From Clostridia bacterium (lineage in GTDB: Bacteria; Bacillota; Clostridia; Monoglobales; Monoglobaceae), in assembly GCA_045648205.1 (NCBI GenBank), contig JAZRNM010000030.1:84501-148500 (forward strand): DNA of 64,000 nt, given 5' to 3'. The number at the start of each line of letters is the position of its first letter. Within the stretch, counting starts at the first letter, position 1. The position numbers were made by a program, and so were the translations under genes. Under the pieces are notes generated by a model that worked only from the letters and a program-made list of their open reading frames with translations, was not told the origin of the DNA and searched no databases. Below, in pieces: positions 53,801 through 64,000 of this stretch.

Positions 53801-55688
53801 CGGATATTTTGCCACACTGTGGCTATATTGTTGGAATAGCTTAATAAAAAACAGCTTAATCTATCGGGCTCTTTGCGGTCTTTACTCATTCATTTCAAAG
53901 CAATGGCAGGGCTCTTTCATCACCAATATTTTCCGCAGAACTTTTCTGTCAGAGAATGCGGCAAAGAGCAGCCTGTGGGGGAAAATCTGTTTTTCTCCAT
54001 TCCTTTTGCTTGAAAAAATTCAAAGCAAGCATGCCGAAAGTCTGAACTCCGCAAAAGAAAAAAGCCTTGTTCTCAGATTTTTTAAATATCTGCTTCACAA
54101 CTTTCTGGCACTCAATCTGCGTTTTCTTGGCGTATTCATTTTTTCTGCCGCCTCGGCAGATTTGATTATATCGCTGTTCAAAGGCGGAAAGCTCTTTCTG
54201 TCCGTGATTGCTATGCTCCTTGGCATAGGTTTGTCTTTCCTTGACATCAATTTCACCGAGCTTTTCAAACACTCCTCCATTGTGAAATTGATTGAAACAT
54301 GCCTTGACACAAATTTTTCATTTAATTTCTATTATTTCACAAAATGCGAAGGCAAGGCAAGACTTCGTTGTGCCATTGTTTTCGGCATTCTGACAGGCGC
54401 TATTTGCGGATCTTTTTCGCCGCTCCTTGCCGCTCTTTTTGTGGCAGGGTTGCTGTTTGTTTCCCTTGTTCTTTATAAGGTGGAATTCGGTGTTTTCATA
54501 ACCTTGTTTCTGGCTCCCATAATTCCGACAATGGCAGTTGTTGGTTTGTCGCTTCTCTGCCTTTTGTCCCTTGTAATCAAGGCAGTCACCACAACGAAAT
54601 TTCAGTGGCGGCTTGATGGTGTGGGGCTTTTGGTGATTACGCTGCTCCTTATTTATCTTCTGGCATCATTCACATCCTTTGCGCCCTTCAAAAGCTTTCA
54701 GATTTGGGCAGTTTATTTCGCCTTTATGATTTTCTATTTCGTAATTATAAACACAATAAAAACAAAAACTCAGCTTTTCAATCTTCTGAAGATATTCGCA
54801 GTTTCAGGTGTTTTGGTTTGCCTTTATGGAATCTGCCAGTATATTTTCGGTTGGAATGTAAATCAGGCATGGATGGACGAAGAAATGTTTGAGGATATCA
54901 AGATGAGGATTTATTCCACTCTTGAAAACCCCAATGTTCTGGGCGAATATATTCTTCTGGTCCTTCCCGTCTGCATCTCTCTTTTGTGGACTGCAAAGAA
55001 GCTTGTTTCAAAGATTGTCTACGGCGGTTTCTCATTGATTCTGGGGCTTGCACTGATTTTGACCTTCTCCCGTGGCTGTTGGCTTGGTATTATGGCATCT
55101 GCGGCTGTGTTCATCACATTTGCGGCAGGCAAATTGTGGGGGCTGGCACTCATTGCTCTCCCTGCACTGCCTCTCATAATTCCCGAAAGCATAATAAATC
55201 GATTCACAAGCATCGGTGATATGTCCGACTCATCCACCTCATACCGTGTTTATATCTGGATGGGAACACTTCTTATGCTGAAAGATTTCTGGCTGTCAGG
55301 CATTGGCCCCGGCACAGAAGCTTTCACCGAGGTTTACCCGTTTTATTCTTATAACCTCATAGTCGCACCTCATTCCCACAATCTGTTTTTGCAGATTATA
55401 ACCGAGTCGGGAGTCTTGGGAATTGCCGCCTTTCTCATATTGTTGCTTTTCTTCTTCAAACGACTTATAAGCGGCTATCAGTTCTTTGGAAAATATAATA
55501 ATTTTTCGGTTGTTCTTGTGGGCATAGCCTCTGCAGTTACAGGTTTTCTGCTCCAGGGTATGTTTGACAACTGTTTTTACAACTATCGTGTATTTATGAT
55601 TTTCTGGGCAGTTATTGCAATTGGCTGTGCTGCCTTCTATGTAACAAAATCTGAGTATGAAATTTCGGAGGTTCAAGAAAATGCTTAA
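53790..55688 (+). CDS. Large O-antigen ligase family (Wzy_C domain) membrane protein
   Basis: About 632 aa from ATG 53790, which follows GGAGG. It has more than 12 TM segments and a Wzy_C-like loop (LTFSRGCWLG). Confidence 0.7.
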   Translation: MKSNGYFATLWLYCWNSLIKNSLIYRALCGLYSFISKQWQGSFITNIFRRTFLSENAAKSSLWGKICFSPFLLLEKIQSKHAESLNSAKEKSLVLRFFKYLLHNFLALNLRFLGVFIFSAASADLIISLFKGGKLFLSVIAMLLGIGLSFLDINFTELFKHSSIVKLIETCLDTNFSFNFYYFTKCEGKARLRCAIVFGILTGAICGSFSPLLAALFVAGLLFVSLVLYKVEFGVFITLFLAPIIPTMAVVGLSLLCLLSLVIKAVTTTKFQWRLDGVGLLVITLLLIYLLASFTSFAPFKSFQIWAVYFAFMIFYFVIINTIKTKTQLFNLLKIFAVSGVLVCLYGICQYIFGWNVNQAWMDEEMFEDIKMRIYSTLENPNVLGEYILLVLPVCISLLWTAKKLVSKIVYGGFSLILGLALILTFSRGCWLGIMASAAVFITFAAGKLWGLALIALPALPLIIPESIINRFTSIGDMSDSSTSYRVYIWMGTLLMLKDFWLSGIGPGTEAFTEVYPFYSYNLIVAPHSHNLFLQIITESGVLGIAAFLILLLFFFKRLISGYQFFGKYNNFSVVLVGIASAVTGFLLQGMFDNCFYNYRVFMIFWAVIAIGCAAFYVTKSEYEISEVQENA

Positions 55689-56799
55689 AGTTCTTCAGGT
55701 ATGTTCCGACACAAACATCGGCGGTGCAGGGAAGTGTATTCTCACATATCTCAAGCACTGCAACAAGAACGAATTTGAAATTGCGGTTGTTCTGCCTCAA
55801 AACAGCCTTCTCAAAGAAAAGGTCGAAGAATTAGGTTTCAAAGTTTTTGAAATTGATGCAATGGCAGAAAAATCAATGGACACAAAAGCCATAAGCAAAC
55901 TGCTTGCCGTGTTCCGGGAATTTAGTCCTGACATCGTTCACACCCACGCAAGCATGGCAGCACGAATTGCAGCAAGACTTTATGGTGCAAAAATCGTCTA
56001 CACCCGCCACAGTGTTTTCCCGCCATCACCCAGACTGACCAAGGGATTGGGCAAAGCGCTCTCAGGGCTTGCGAACAACAGCACCGCAGACAAAATAATC
56101 GCAGTTGCTGAAGCCGCAAAGGACAACATCACCGCAATCGGTGTTGATGACAAAAAAATCGAAGTTATTCTCAACGGGGTTGAACCCCTGACTCCCTACT
56201 CTGCCGAAGAAATGGCAAAGGTCCGCAGGGAATATGGTGTTTCTGACGACACAAAATGCACAGCAATTGTGGCTCGGCTCAACGAAGTGAAAGGTCACAA
56301 ATACTTCATTGATGCCGCCGCAAAATTGAAAGCCCGTGGCATAAAAGCCAAATTTTTCATTGCAGGAACAGGTGATATGGCAGAAAAACTTCGCAAACAA
56401 ATCCTGGAAAACAATCTTGACGACTATGTAATTATGCTTGGCTTCCTTGACAACGTGGAACCGCTTATGAACCTCATAGACGTTCAGGCAAACTGTTCCT
56501 TCGGCACAGAGGCAACAAGTCTTTCACTCCTTGAGGGAATGAGCCTTGGGAAACCGGCTGTGGTTTCTGATTTCGGAGGAAATCCCGGTGTCATCAAAGA
56601 CGGAGAGAACGGCTATCTCACCCCGACTCACGATTCTGAAGTCCTGGCAGAGAGACTGGCAGCACTTTTCACCGATGATGCTTTATATGAAAAAATGTGC
56701 AAACGCAGCAAGGAAATCTTCAATGAAACCTTCACCGCTGCCAAGTATGCTGAAAATATAGACAATATCTACTTAAATCTCGGAGGTAAAAAAAGATGA
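55681..56799 (+). CDS. Glycosyltransferase family 4
   Basis: ATG 55681 follows GGAGG. The protein starts MLKVLQVCSDTNIGGAGK and carries a C-terminal GT1 motif (EATSLSLLEGMSLGKPAV). Confidence 0.85.
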   Translation: MLKVLQVCSDTNIGGAGKCILTYLKHCNKNEFEIAVVLPQNSLLKEKVEELGFKVFEIDAMAEKSMDTKAISKLLAVFREFSPDIVHTHASMAARIAARLYGAKIVYTRHSVFPPSPRLTKGLGKALSGLANNSTADKIIAVAEAAKDNITAIGVDDKKIEVILNGVEPLTPYSAEEMAKVRREYGVSDDTKCTAIVARLNEVKGHKYFIDAAAKLKARGIKAKFFIAGTGDMAEKLRKQILENNLDDYVIMLGFLDNVEPLMNLIDVQANCSFGTEATSLSLLEGMSLGKPAVVSDFGGNPGVIKDGENGYLTPTHDSEVLAERLAALFTDDALYEKMCKRSKEIFNETFTAAKYAENIDNIYLNLGGKKR

Positions 56800-57287
56800 A
56801 CAAACCAAAATTCAATCTGATGGACGGATTTATCATCATCATTCTCATTCTTATTATTGGGGCAGGAGTATTTCTCTTGTCAGGCAAAAAAGACGCAACA
56901 CCGACAGGTGAGGTTCAGAATTCCATTGCCGAATACAAAATAGAGCTTGCAAAGTATGACAAAGCAGTTGCAGATGCCTTCCTTCTGGCTCTGGAAAACG
57001 GAGAAACTGCATGGGTAAGCGAAAAGGAACGCTTTGAAGCAAAAATCATTGATGTTGAAGTGCTTCCCAGCAAAAAGGCAGTAGTAAATGAATACACAAA
57101 AACAGCCGGATATGCGGGCGACCCCACCGCCTTTGACATAATAGTATCACTTGAGTCTCCCGTTATTGAAACTGACGCCTCAATAACCGCCTCAGGGAAT
57201 ATCCTGGCAGTAGGCGAGAAGGTATCTATAAGAAGCAAAAGTGCAGCAGGCAACGGTTATATAGTTGGGCTAGACATCAAAGACTAG
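56796..57287 (+). CDS. DUF4330 domain protein (copy 1)
   Basis: 163 aa with an N-terminal FNLMDGFIIIILILIIGAGV anchor and a beta-rich body. Confidence 0.65.
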   Translation: MNKPKFNLMDGFIIIILILIIGAGVFLLSGKKDATPTGEVQNSIAEYKIELAKYDKAVADAFLLALENGETAWVSEKERFEAKIIDVEVLPSKKAVVNEYTKTAGYAGDPTAFDIIVSLESPVIETDASITASGNILAVGEKVSIRSKSAAGNGYIVGLDIKD

Positions 57288-57300
57288 GAGGGAAAAAGCT

Positions 57301-57789
57301 ATGTTTATAAACAAAGAAGGAAAGTTTTTCAATAAATTCAGCATCATTGACCTGCTTGTGATTCTTGCAATCATAGTGGCGGCTCTTGGTGTTTATTCCC
57401 GTTTTGGAACAACCACAAAGGTGGTAACCGAAACACAATCTATTGAATACACCATTCTCGTAAAAGGTGTCAGGGAAGGCACAGTTGAAGCCCTTTCAAA
57501 ACCCAGTCCCATCACAAACACAACCACAAAGGAATATGCAGGTGACATCGTATCCGCAACATATACCGAAGCGATCGAAGGCAAGGAACTTCCAAACGGC
57601 AGTCTTGCAGCAATGACAATCCCTGAAAGATATGACGTAACCGTAACAGTTCGCATTGACGGCAAAGCCAATGAATCAGGATTTTACACACCCACCAACC
57701 AGGCAATAACAACCGGCTCAACCCTGATGTTTTCATCAAAATATGCCATTACATCAGGCACCATAACCTCTGTGAAAGAAGTAAAATAA
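57301..57789 (+). CDS. DUF4330 domain protein (copy 2)
   Basis: 162 aa with the canonical DUF4330 N-terminus FFNKFSIIDLLVILAIIVAALGV. It is a paralogue of the preceding gene. Confidence 0.7.
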   Translation: MFINKEGKFFNKFSIIDLLVILAIIVAALGVYSRFGTTTKVVTETQSIEYTILVKGVREGTVEALSKPSPITNTTTKEYAGDIVSATYTEAIEGKELPNGSLAAMTIPERYDVTVTVRIDGKANESGFYTPTNQAITTGSTLMFSSKYAITSGTITSVKEVK

Positions 57790-57792
57790 AAA

Positions 57793-59520
57793 ATGTTCAA
57801 ACGATTTGCAGTTTATTACAAACCATACCTTGGTATAATTATCCTTGACCTTATCTGTGCGGCATTGACAACCCTCTGCGAGCTTGTTTTTCCGTTGATT
57901 GTGAGACGCATCACCAATATGGCAACCGACCCGGCACAAGTGTTTTTGTTTTCCACCGTACTGAAGCTGGGAGCGGTTTATCTTGTGCTTCGTCTTGTTG
58001 ACACCGCCGCAAATTACTATATGGCAAACAAAGGTCACGTTATGGGTTCACAGCTTGAGACAGATATGCGCCGTGACCTTTTCGACCATTTGCAAAAACT
58101 ATCATTCCGATATTTTGACAACACAAAAATCGGTCAGCTTATGTCAAGAATGACATCAGACCTCTTTGACATAACCGAATTTTCGCACCATTGCCCTGAA
58201 GAATTCTTCATTTCATTCATCAAAATAGTTGGTGCCTTCATAATTTTAGGAGGCATCAACCTGACGCTGACAGTGTTAATCTTTTTGCTGCTTCCGTTGA
58301 TGCTGGTTTCCATTATGGCATTCCGCAAAAAGATGAAAAACGCTTTCAAAGACCAACGTCACCAGATTGGTGAGCTTAATGCCGAGGTGGAAGACAGCCT
58401 TCTGGGAATACGCGTTGTAAAGAGCTTTGCCAACGAAAATATTGAACGTGAGAAGTTCGCAAATGGAAATGTAAGATTTTTTAGTGCAAAGAAAAATGCC
58501 TACAAATACATGGCGCTTTTCCAATCAGGAACACGTTTCTCGGATGGTGTTATGTATATTGCCGTAATCATTTTCGGTGCATTCTTTATGACCAGAAAAC
58601 TCATAAATGCCGCCGACTTTGTGGCATATCTTTTGTACATTCAAACCCTCATAACCTCAATCCGCAGAATTGTTGAATTCACAGAACAGTTTCAGCGGGG
58701 TATCACGGGTATCGAACGGTTTTATGAAATTATGGACGAACCCATTGACATTGAAGATGCCCCTGGTGCGATTGAGCTCAAGTGTGCAAAGGGAAATGTA
58801 ACTTTCAAAAATGTCACCTTCAGCTACACCGATGGCGCTGATAATGTGATAAAAGACTTGTGTCTTGACATAAGATCTGGTGAAAATGTAGCCTTTGTTG
58901 GTCCATCAGGTGGCGGAAAAACAACGCTTTGCAACCTCATTCCAAGATTTTATGACCTGTCATCGGGCGAAATTATGATAGATGGGGTAAACATAAAGGA
59001 CATCACTCTCTCATCGCTTCGCAATAATATTGGAATGGTTCAGCAGGATGTTTATCTGTTCAGCGGAACAGTTTATGAAAACATTCTCTACGGGAAACCC
59101 GATGCCACCCGTGAAGAGGTGATTGAAGCCGCGAAAGCAGCAGGCGCACACGAATTTATAATCAGCCTCAAAGACGGCTATGACACCTATGTGGGTGAAC
59201 GCGGTCTCAAGCTTTCTGGCGGACAAAAGCAAAGGGTTTCAATTGCAAGACTGTTTTTGAAAAATCCGCCCATTCTCATCCTTGACGAGGCAACCTCAGC
59301 TCTTGACAATGAAAGTGAGCTGGTTATTCAAAACTCGTTGAAAAAGCTGTCTGAGGGCAAAACCACATTCACAATTGCCCATCGCCTGACCACAATCAAA
59401 AATGCCACCAGGATTTTCGTTTTGACTCCCGACGGCATAGTTGAAGAAGGAACTCACCGTGAACTGATGGAAAAAAATGGCGAATACGCAAAGCTTTATT
59501 CCCTCTATAATTCACTTTAA
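57793..59520 (+). CDS. ABC transporter, fused permease/ATPase (MsbA-like exporter)
   Basis: 575 aa with a 6-TM domain, Walker A GPSGGGKTT, the signature LSGGQKQR and Walker B ILILDEATS. Confidence 0.9.
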   Translation: MFKRFAVYYKPYLGIIILDLICAALTTLCELVFPLIVRRITNMATDPAQVFLFSTVLKLGAVYLVLRLVDTAANYYMANKGHVMGSQLETDMRRDLFDHLQKLSFRYFDNTKIGQLMSRMTSDLFDITEFSHHCPEEFFISFIKIVGAFIILGGINLTLTVLIFLLLPLMLVSIMAFRKKMKNAFKDQRHQIGELNAEVEDSLLGIRVVKSFANENIEREKFANGNVRFFSAKKNAYKYMALFQSGTRFSDGVMYIAVIIFGAFFMTRKLINAADFVAYLLYIQTLITSIRRIVEFTEQFQRGITGIERFYEIMDEPIDIEDAPGAIELKCAKGNVTFKNVTFSYTDGADNVIKDLCLDIRSGENVAFVGPSGGGKTTLCNLIPRFYDLSSGEIMIDGVNIKDITLSSLRNNIGMVQQDVYLFSGTVYENILYGKPDATREEVIEAAKAAGAHEFIISLKDGYDTYVGERGLKLSGGQKQRVSIARLFLKNPPILILDEATSALDNESELVIQNSLKKLSEGKTTFTIAHRLTTIKNATRIFVLTPDGIVEEGTHRELMEKNGEYAKLYSLYNSL

Positions 59521-59530
59521 TACGCAAAAT

Positions 59531-59557
59531 GAGTGGAACATAAGTTCCACCCATTTT
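59531..59557. terminator. Hairpin between convergent genes
   Basis: GTGGAAC-ataa-GTTCCAC is followed by CCATTTTTTATTTTTT. Confidence 0.6.
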
Positions 59558-62392
59558 TTATTTTTTCAAAACATCTTTGAGATACATTCCCGTATATGAT
59601 TTCTTTGACTTTGCCACTTGCTCAGGGGTTCCCAATGCGACAACCTGACCGCCCTTGTTTCCACCCTCGGGTCCAAGGTCAATGATATAGTCGGCGGTCT
59701 TAATCACATCCAGGTTGTGTTCAATCACAATAACTGTGTTTCCCGCATCAACAAGTCTTTGCAGAACCTCAATCAGCTTGTGAACGTCTGCGGTGTGGAG
59801 TCCCGTTGTGGGTTCATCAAGAATATAAATTGTCTTTCCCGTGCTCCGTTTGCTGAGTTCAGTTGCAAGCTTCACACGTTGAGCCTCACCGCCCGAAAGA
59901 GTGGTTGACGACTGACCTATCTTTATATAACCAAGCCCCACTTCAAAAAGGGTTCTGAGCCTATTTGCAATTCTTGGTATATTCTCAAAAAATTCAAGCC
60001 CCTCTTCAACAGTCATTTCAAGCACATCTGAAATGCTTTTGCCCTTGAACTTAACTTCCAGAGTTTCACGGTTATATCTCTTTCCGCCACACACTTCACA
60101 GGGCATATAAATATCGGGAAGAAAATGCATTTCAATCTTGATTATGCCGTCACCCGAGCAGGACTCACAGCGTCCGCCCTTGACGTTAAAGCTGAATCGT
60201 CCGGGTCCATAGCCCCTTGATTTTGCATCCTGAGTGGATGCAAAAAGGTTTCGTATATCCCCAAAAAGTCCCGTATAGGTGGCAGGATTTGACCTCGGCG
60301 TTCTTCCGATTGGAGACTGGTCAATGTCAATAACCTTGTCAAGATGTTCAAGACCGCTTATTGACCTGAATTTTCCGGGTTTCATTTTTGCACGATTCAG
60401 TTCATTTGCAAGAATTCTGTGTAGTACCTCATTGACAAGAGAGCTTTTTCCGCTGCCCGACACACCTGTCACCGCCGTAAATGTTCCCAGTGGAATTTCA
60501 ACGTCAACATTTTTCAGATTATTCTGTGCAACCCCCTCAAGGCGCAGGAAATTTCCGTTTCCTTTGCGGCGTTCCTTGGGCACAGGAATAAACTTAGCCC
60601 CGCTGAGATAAAGTCCCGTTTCAGACTTTTCGCATTTCTTTATATCCTCAACGGTTCCCTCCGCAACAACATATCCGCCGTGAATACCTGCCCCCGGACC
60701 AATGTCAATAATATGGTCGGATGCATACATAGTATCCTCATCGTGTTCAACCACAATGAGGGTATTCCCCAAATCACGAAGCTTTTTCAGCATTTCAATC
60801 AGTTTGTGGTTGTCACGCTGATGCAGACCGATGCTGGGTTCGTCAAGAATATAAACAACACCCATAAGCCCCGAACCAATCTGGCTTGCAAGTCTGATTC
60901 GCTGAGCCTCACCACCTGACAATGTTCCGCTTGAGCGAGACAGAGTGAGATATTCAAGCCCCACACTGACAAGGAATGACAATCTGCTGTTTATCTCCTT
61001 CAAAATCTGTCGACCCACAAACTCTTCGCGGCTTGAAAGCTCCATATTCTCAAAAAAGTCCATTGCCTCAAGAATTGAAAGTCTGCTGACCTGGTCAATA
61101 TTCTTTCCTTTAACCGTAACCGCAAGACTTTCCTTTTTCAATCGCGTTCCGTGACACTCAGGACAATCGCAAACATTCATAAGTTCGCTGATTTCCTTCT
61201 TTGCCCACTCGGAATTTGTTTCCTGATATCGTCTCAGAACATTATTAATAATGCCTTCAAACCGTGCAAACTGCTCGCCTTTGGCAAACTTCTTTTCATA
61301 TGACAAATGCACTTTTTCGCCACGCGTGCCATAAAGCAGAATATCCTTTACATCTTCAGAAAGCTCCTCAAATGGTGTATCAAGACTGAATCCATATTGT
61401 TTTGAAAGCCCCCGATAATACATTGCCGCAATACTGTCCCGGTCAGAACCGGTCCAGCCATAGCAATTGATTGCCCCATCATTTATACTTTTTGTCGGGT
61501 CGGGAATAAGCTTGTCAACATCAAGAATTTCAACACTGCCCAAACCCATACAATGAGAGCAAGCCCCATAAGGGGTGTTAAATGAAAACATTCTGGGAGT
61601 CAGCTCCTCAAGGCTGATTCCACAATCATCGCAGGCATAATTCTGGCTGAACAGCAATTCCTCTTCTTCCTCAATAAGCTGAACAACCACCAAACCCTTT
61701 GCCATCTTCAGGGCAGTTTCAAGAGAGTCTGTGAGTCGCTTGTCCATTCCCTCTTTCACAATAAGTCGGTCCACAACAATTTCAATGCTGTGTTTCTTTT
61801 GTTTGTCAAGTGTGATTTCATCACTTGACGGGTCAAAAATCTCGCCATCAACACGAACACGAACAAAGCCGTCCTTTGCAGCTTTCTCAAACACTTTTGT
61901 GTATTCGCCTTTTCTTCCGCGAACAACGGGAGCTAATATTTGTATTTTTGTTTTTTCAGGAAGTCCTTTAACCGCATCAACAATCTGGTCAATGGACTGT
62001 GCCTTAATTTCCTTTCCGCATTTTGGGCAATGAGGAACACCTATCCGAGCATACAAAAGTCTCACATAGTCATAAATCTCAGTAACCGTACCAACCGTCG
62101 ACCTTGGGTTTTTGCTGGTTGTTTTCTGGTCAATTGATATTGCAGGAGAAAGCCCTTCAATGGAATCAACATTAGGTTTTTCCATCTGTCCCAAGAATTG
62201 TCGTGCATAAGCAGAAAGGGATTCAACATACCGCCTCTGCCCCTCTGCATAAACAGTTTCAAACGCAAGAGATGACTTGCCCGAGCCACTGAGCCCCGTC
62301 AACACAACCATTTTGTCTCTTGGGATTTTCACATCAATCCCTTTGAGATTATTCTCTCTTGCACCCTTAACATAAATATATTCGTGCATCAA
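59558..62392 (-). CDS. uvrA: Excinuclease ABC subunit A
   Basis: 944 aa with two ABC ATPase modules ([18 protein letters not shown]) and zinc-finger insertions. Confidence 0.97.
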   Translation of the reverse strand: MMHEYIYVKGARENNLKGIDVKIPRDKMVVLTGLSGSGKSSLAFETVYAEGQRRYVESLSAYARQFLGQMEKPNVDSIEGLSPAISIDQKTTSKNPRSTVGTVTEIYDYVRLLYARIGVPHCPKCGKEIKAQSIDQIVDAVKGLPEKTKIQILAPVVRGRKGEYTKVFEKAAKDGFVRVRVDGEIFDPSSDEITLDKQKKHSIEIVVDRLIVKEGMDKRLTDSLETALKMAKGLVVVQLIEEEEELLFSQNYACDDCGISLEELTPRMFSFNTPYGACSHCMGLGSVEILDVDKLIPDPTKSINDGAINCYGWTGSDRDSIAAMYYRGLSKQYGFSLDTPFEELSEDVKDILLYGTRGEKVHLSYEKKFAKGEQFARFEGIINNVLRRYQETNSEWAKKEISELMNVCDCPECHGTRLKKESLAVTVKGKNIDQVSRLSILEAMDFFENMELSSREEFVGRQILKEINSRLSFLVSVGLEYLTLSRSSGTLSGGEAQRIRLASQIGSGLMGVVYILDEPSIGLHQRDNHKLIEMLKKLRDLGNTLIVVEHDEDTMYASDHIIDIGPGAGIHGGYVVAEGTVEDIKKCEKSETGLYLSGAKFIPVPKERRKGNGNFLRLEGVAQNNLKNVDVEIPLGTFTAVTGVSGSGKSSLVNEVLHRILANELNRAKMKPGKFRSISGLEHLDKVIDIDQSPIGRTPRSNPATYTGLFGDIRNLFASTQDAKSRGYGPGRFSFNVKGGRCESCSGDGIIKIEMHFLPDIYMPCEVCGGKRYNRETLEVKFKGKSISDVLEMTVEEGLEFFENIPRIANRLRTLFEVGLGYIKIGQSSTTLSGGEAQRVKLATELSKRSTGKTIYILDEPTTGLHTADVHKLIEVLQRLVDAGNTVIVIEHNLDVIKTADYIIDLGPEGGNKGGQVVALGTPEQVAKSKKSYTGMYLKDVLKK

Positions 62393-64000
62393 ATTTCTCC
62401 TTTAAGCCGTTTTATCTCATCACGAAGCTGTGCCGCCAACTCAAACTGCAACAGCTCTGCCGCCTTTGTCATCTCAATTGTAAGCTCAGCAATTGTCTTT
62501 TCTGTAACATCCTCTGAAGACTCTGCCTTGCGCCTTCCGGTATTCTTATCCTCAAACACGGTTGCTTCAATAATTTCATAAACATCCTTGCGAATTGTCT
62601 GTGGCACAATCCCGTGTTTTTCATTATACTCTGTCTGAATTTTTCTGCGCCTTTCGGTTTCGGATATAGCTCTCTGCATTGAACCCGTAATAACATCCGC
62701 ATACATAATGACCGTTCCGTTTGCATTTCTTGCAGCACGGCCGATAGTCTGAATAAGTGACGTGTCCGACCTCAAAAAGCCCTCTTTATCCGCATCAAGA
62801 ATGGCAACAAGAGAAACCTCGGGAATGTCCAACCCCTCACGAAGAAGATTGATTCCCACAAGAACATCAAACACACCAAGCCTCAAATCTCTTATAATTT
62901 CCATTCTCTCAATGGTCTCAACCTCAGAATGAAGATATCTCACCCTGACGCCCATTTCCTCGAAATATTCAGTAAGTCGCTCCGCCATTTTTTTGGTCAG
63001 CGTGGTGACAAGAACTCTCTCTTTTTTCTCAATCCTGCTCTGGATTTCACCATATAAATCATCAATCTGTCCGTCAATGGGCCGAACCGAAATTTCAGGG
63101 TCAAGAAGCCCCGTGGGTCTTATAACCTGTTCAACCACCTGGGTAGAACGTTCAACTTCAAATTCAGCAGGCGTTGCGCTGACAAAAATCGCCTGATTGA
63201 TATGATCATAAAATTCATCAAAGTTCAGTGGTCGGTTGTCAAAAGCCGATGGCAGTCTGAACCCATATTCAACAAGGTTGGTTTTTCTTGCACGGTCTCC
63301 TGCAAACATAGCTCTCACTTGCGGAATTGTCACATGGGATTCATCAACAATGAGAAGAAAATCCTTTGGCAAATAATCAAGAAGTGTAAAGGGTGGGCTT
63401 CCCGCCTCTCTTCCGCTGATGTGCCTTGAATAGTTCTCGATTCCCTGACAAAAACCTGTTTCGCGCATCATTTCGATGTCGTATTTGGTTCTTTCCTTTA
63501 TTCTTTGCGCCTCAATAAGACACTCCTTCGCCTTAAACTCCTCCACCCGGAGGTCAAGTTCTTTTTCAATGTCACCTATTGCACGTTCCAGCTTTTCCTT
63601 GCCAACAACATAATGAGAAGCAGGATAAATTGCGCAATGTTTAAGAACAGAAATCACCTCACCCGTAACCGAGCTGATTTCTGCAATTCTCTCAACTTCG
63701 TCGCCGAAAAATTCAATTCTTATGGCATTCCCCGACGAATATGACGGAAACACATCAATAACATCTCCGCGAACCCTGAACTTATTTCTTGTGAAGCTGA
63801 TATCATTTCTCTCATATTGAATTTCTATCAGTTTGTCAATCACTTCATCACGGTCACGGGTCATACCAGTGCGCAACGAAACCACCATATTATTATAATC
63901 AATCGGGTCCCCAAGTCCATATATGCACGAAACGCTCGCCACAATAATAACATCACGGCGTTCAAAAAGCGCCGCAGTTGCCGAGTGACGCAATTTATCA
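62389..64000 (-). CDS. uvrB: Excinuclease ABC subunit B (C-terminal ~535 aa; N-terminus beyond the window)
   Basis: It carries UvrB helicase motifs and the C-terminal UVR domain ([21 protein letters not shown]). Its stop overlaps the uvrA start (ATGA). Confidence 0.95.
   Translation of the reverse strand, partial: DKLRHSATAALFERRDVIIVASVSCIYGLGDPIDYNNMVVSLRTGMTRDRDEVIDKLIEIQYERNDISFTRNKFRVRGDVIDVFPSYSSGNAIRIEFFGDEVERIAEISSVTGEVISVLKHCAIYPASHYVVGKEKLERAIGDIEKELDLRVEEFKAKECLIEAQRIKERTKYDIEMMRETGFCQGIENYSRHISGREAGSPPFTLLDYLPKDFLLIVDESHVTIPQVRAMFAGDRARKTNLVEYGFRLPSAFDNRPLNFDEFYDHINQAIFVSATPAEFEVERSTQVVEQVIRPTGLLDPEISVRPIDGQIDDLYGEIQSRIEKKERVLVTTLTKKMAERLTEYFEEMGVRVRYLHSEVETIERMEIIRDLRLGVFDVLVGINLLREGLDIPEVSLVAILDADKEGFLRSDTSLIQTIGRAARNANGTVIMYADVITGSMQRAISETERRRKIQTEYNEKHGIVPQTIRKDVYEIIEATVFEDKNTGRRKAESSEDVTEKTIAELTIEMTKAAELLQFELAAQLRDEIKRLKGEI

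Overview
64-kb chromosomal window from a low-GC, spore-forming Firmicute. Synteny looks Clostridia-like: yloU-yloV-recG, yabP-yabQ-divIC-yabR, mecA, rsmD-coaD, folT-folC, uvrB-uvrA. I support about 62 protein genes, one tRNA-Gly(GCC) and one THF riboswitch. I saw no rRNA, CRISPR array, transposase, integrase or prophage genes. Layout: (1) housekeeping genes at 1-10.9 kb. (2) A 17.4-kb, 16-gene, single-strand Wzx/Wzy-type glycan locus (10947-28353, minus strand), AT-rich by eye, driven by one strong promoter. Its tailoring genes are unusual: a QueC-like PP-loop protein, an ATP-grasp + PLP-fold + GNAT block, and a FrhB-like Fe-S protein + NodB deacetylase + pyruvyltransferase block. (3) Housekeeping and sporulation genes at 28.4-36.8 kb. 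(4) A divergent pair of SLH-domain (S-layer type) genes at 37.5-42.6 kb. (5) Small membrane and sugar-catabolism genes at 42.8-52.1 kb. (6) A second envelope cluster at 52.2-59.5 kb (MurJ-like flippase, very large Wzy_C protein, GT4, two DUF4330 genes, ABC exporter), followed by uvrA and uvrB. The signals I cannot explain with standard features are all non-coding. (a) A riboswitch-like aptamer/antiterminator/terminator leader of unrecognised class in front of a 78-aa orphan ORF (37034-37234). (b) A stand-alone, strongly promoted, rod-shaped structured RNA between mecA and rsmD (32683-32951). (c) A mirror-symmetric array of TGAAAT/ATTTCA heptads separated by unrelated perfect palindromes next to tRNA-Gly (36811-36975). 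(d) Two tandem cloverleaf-like four-way-junction modules built from six unrelated perfect hairpins (42648-42820). All function calls rest on my recognition of translated motifs and hand folding. No database search was run.
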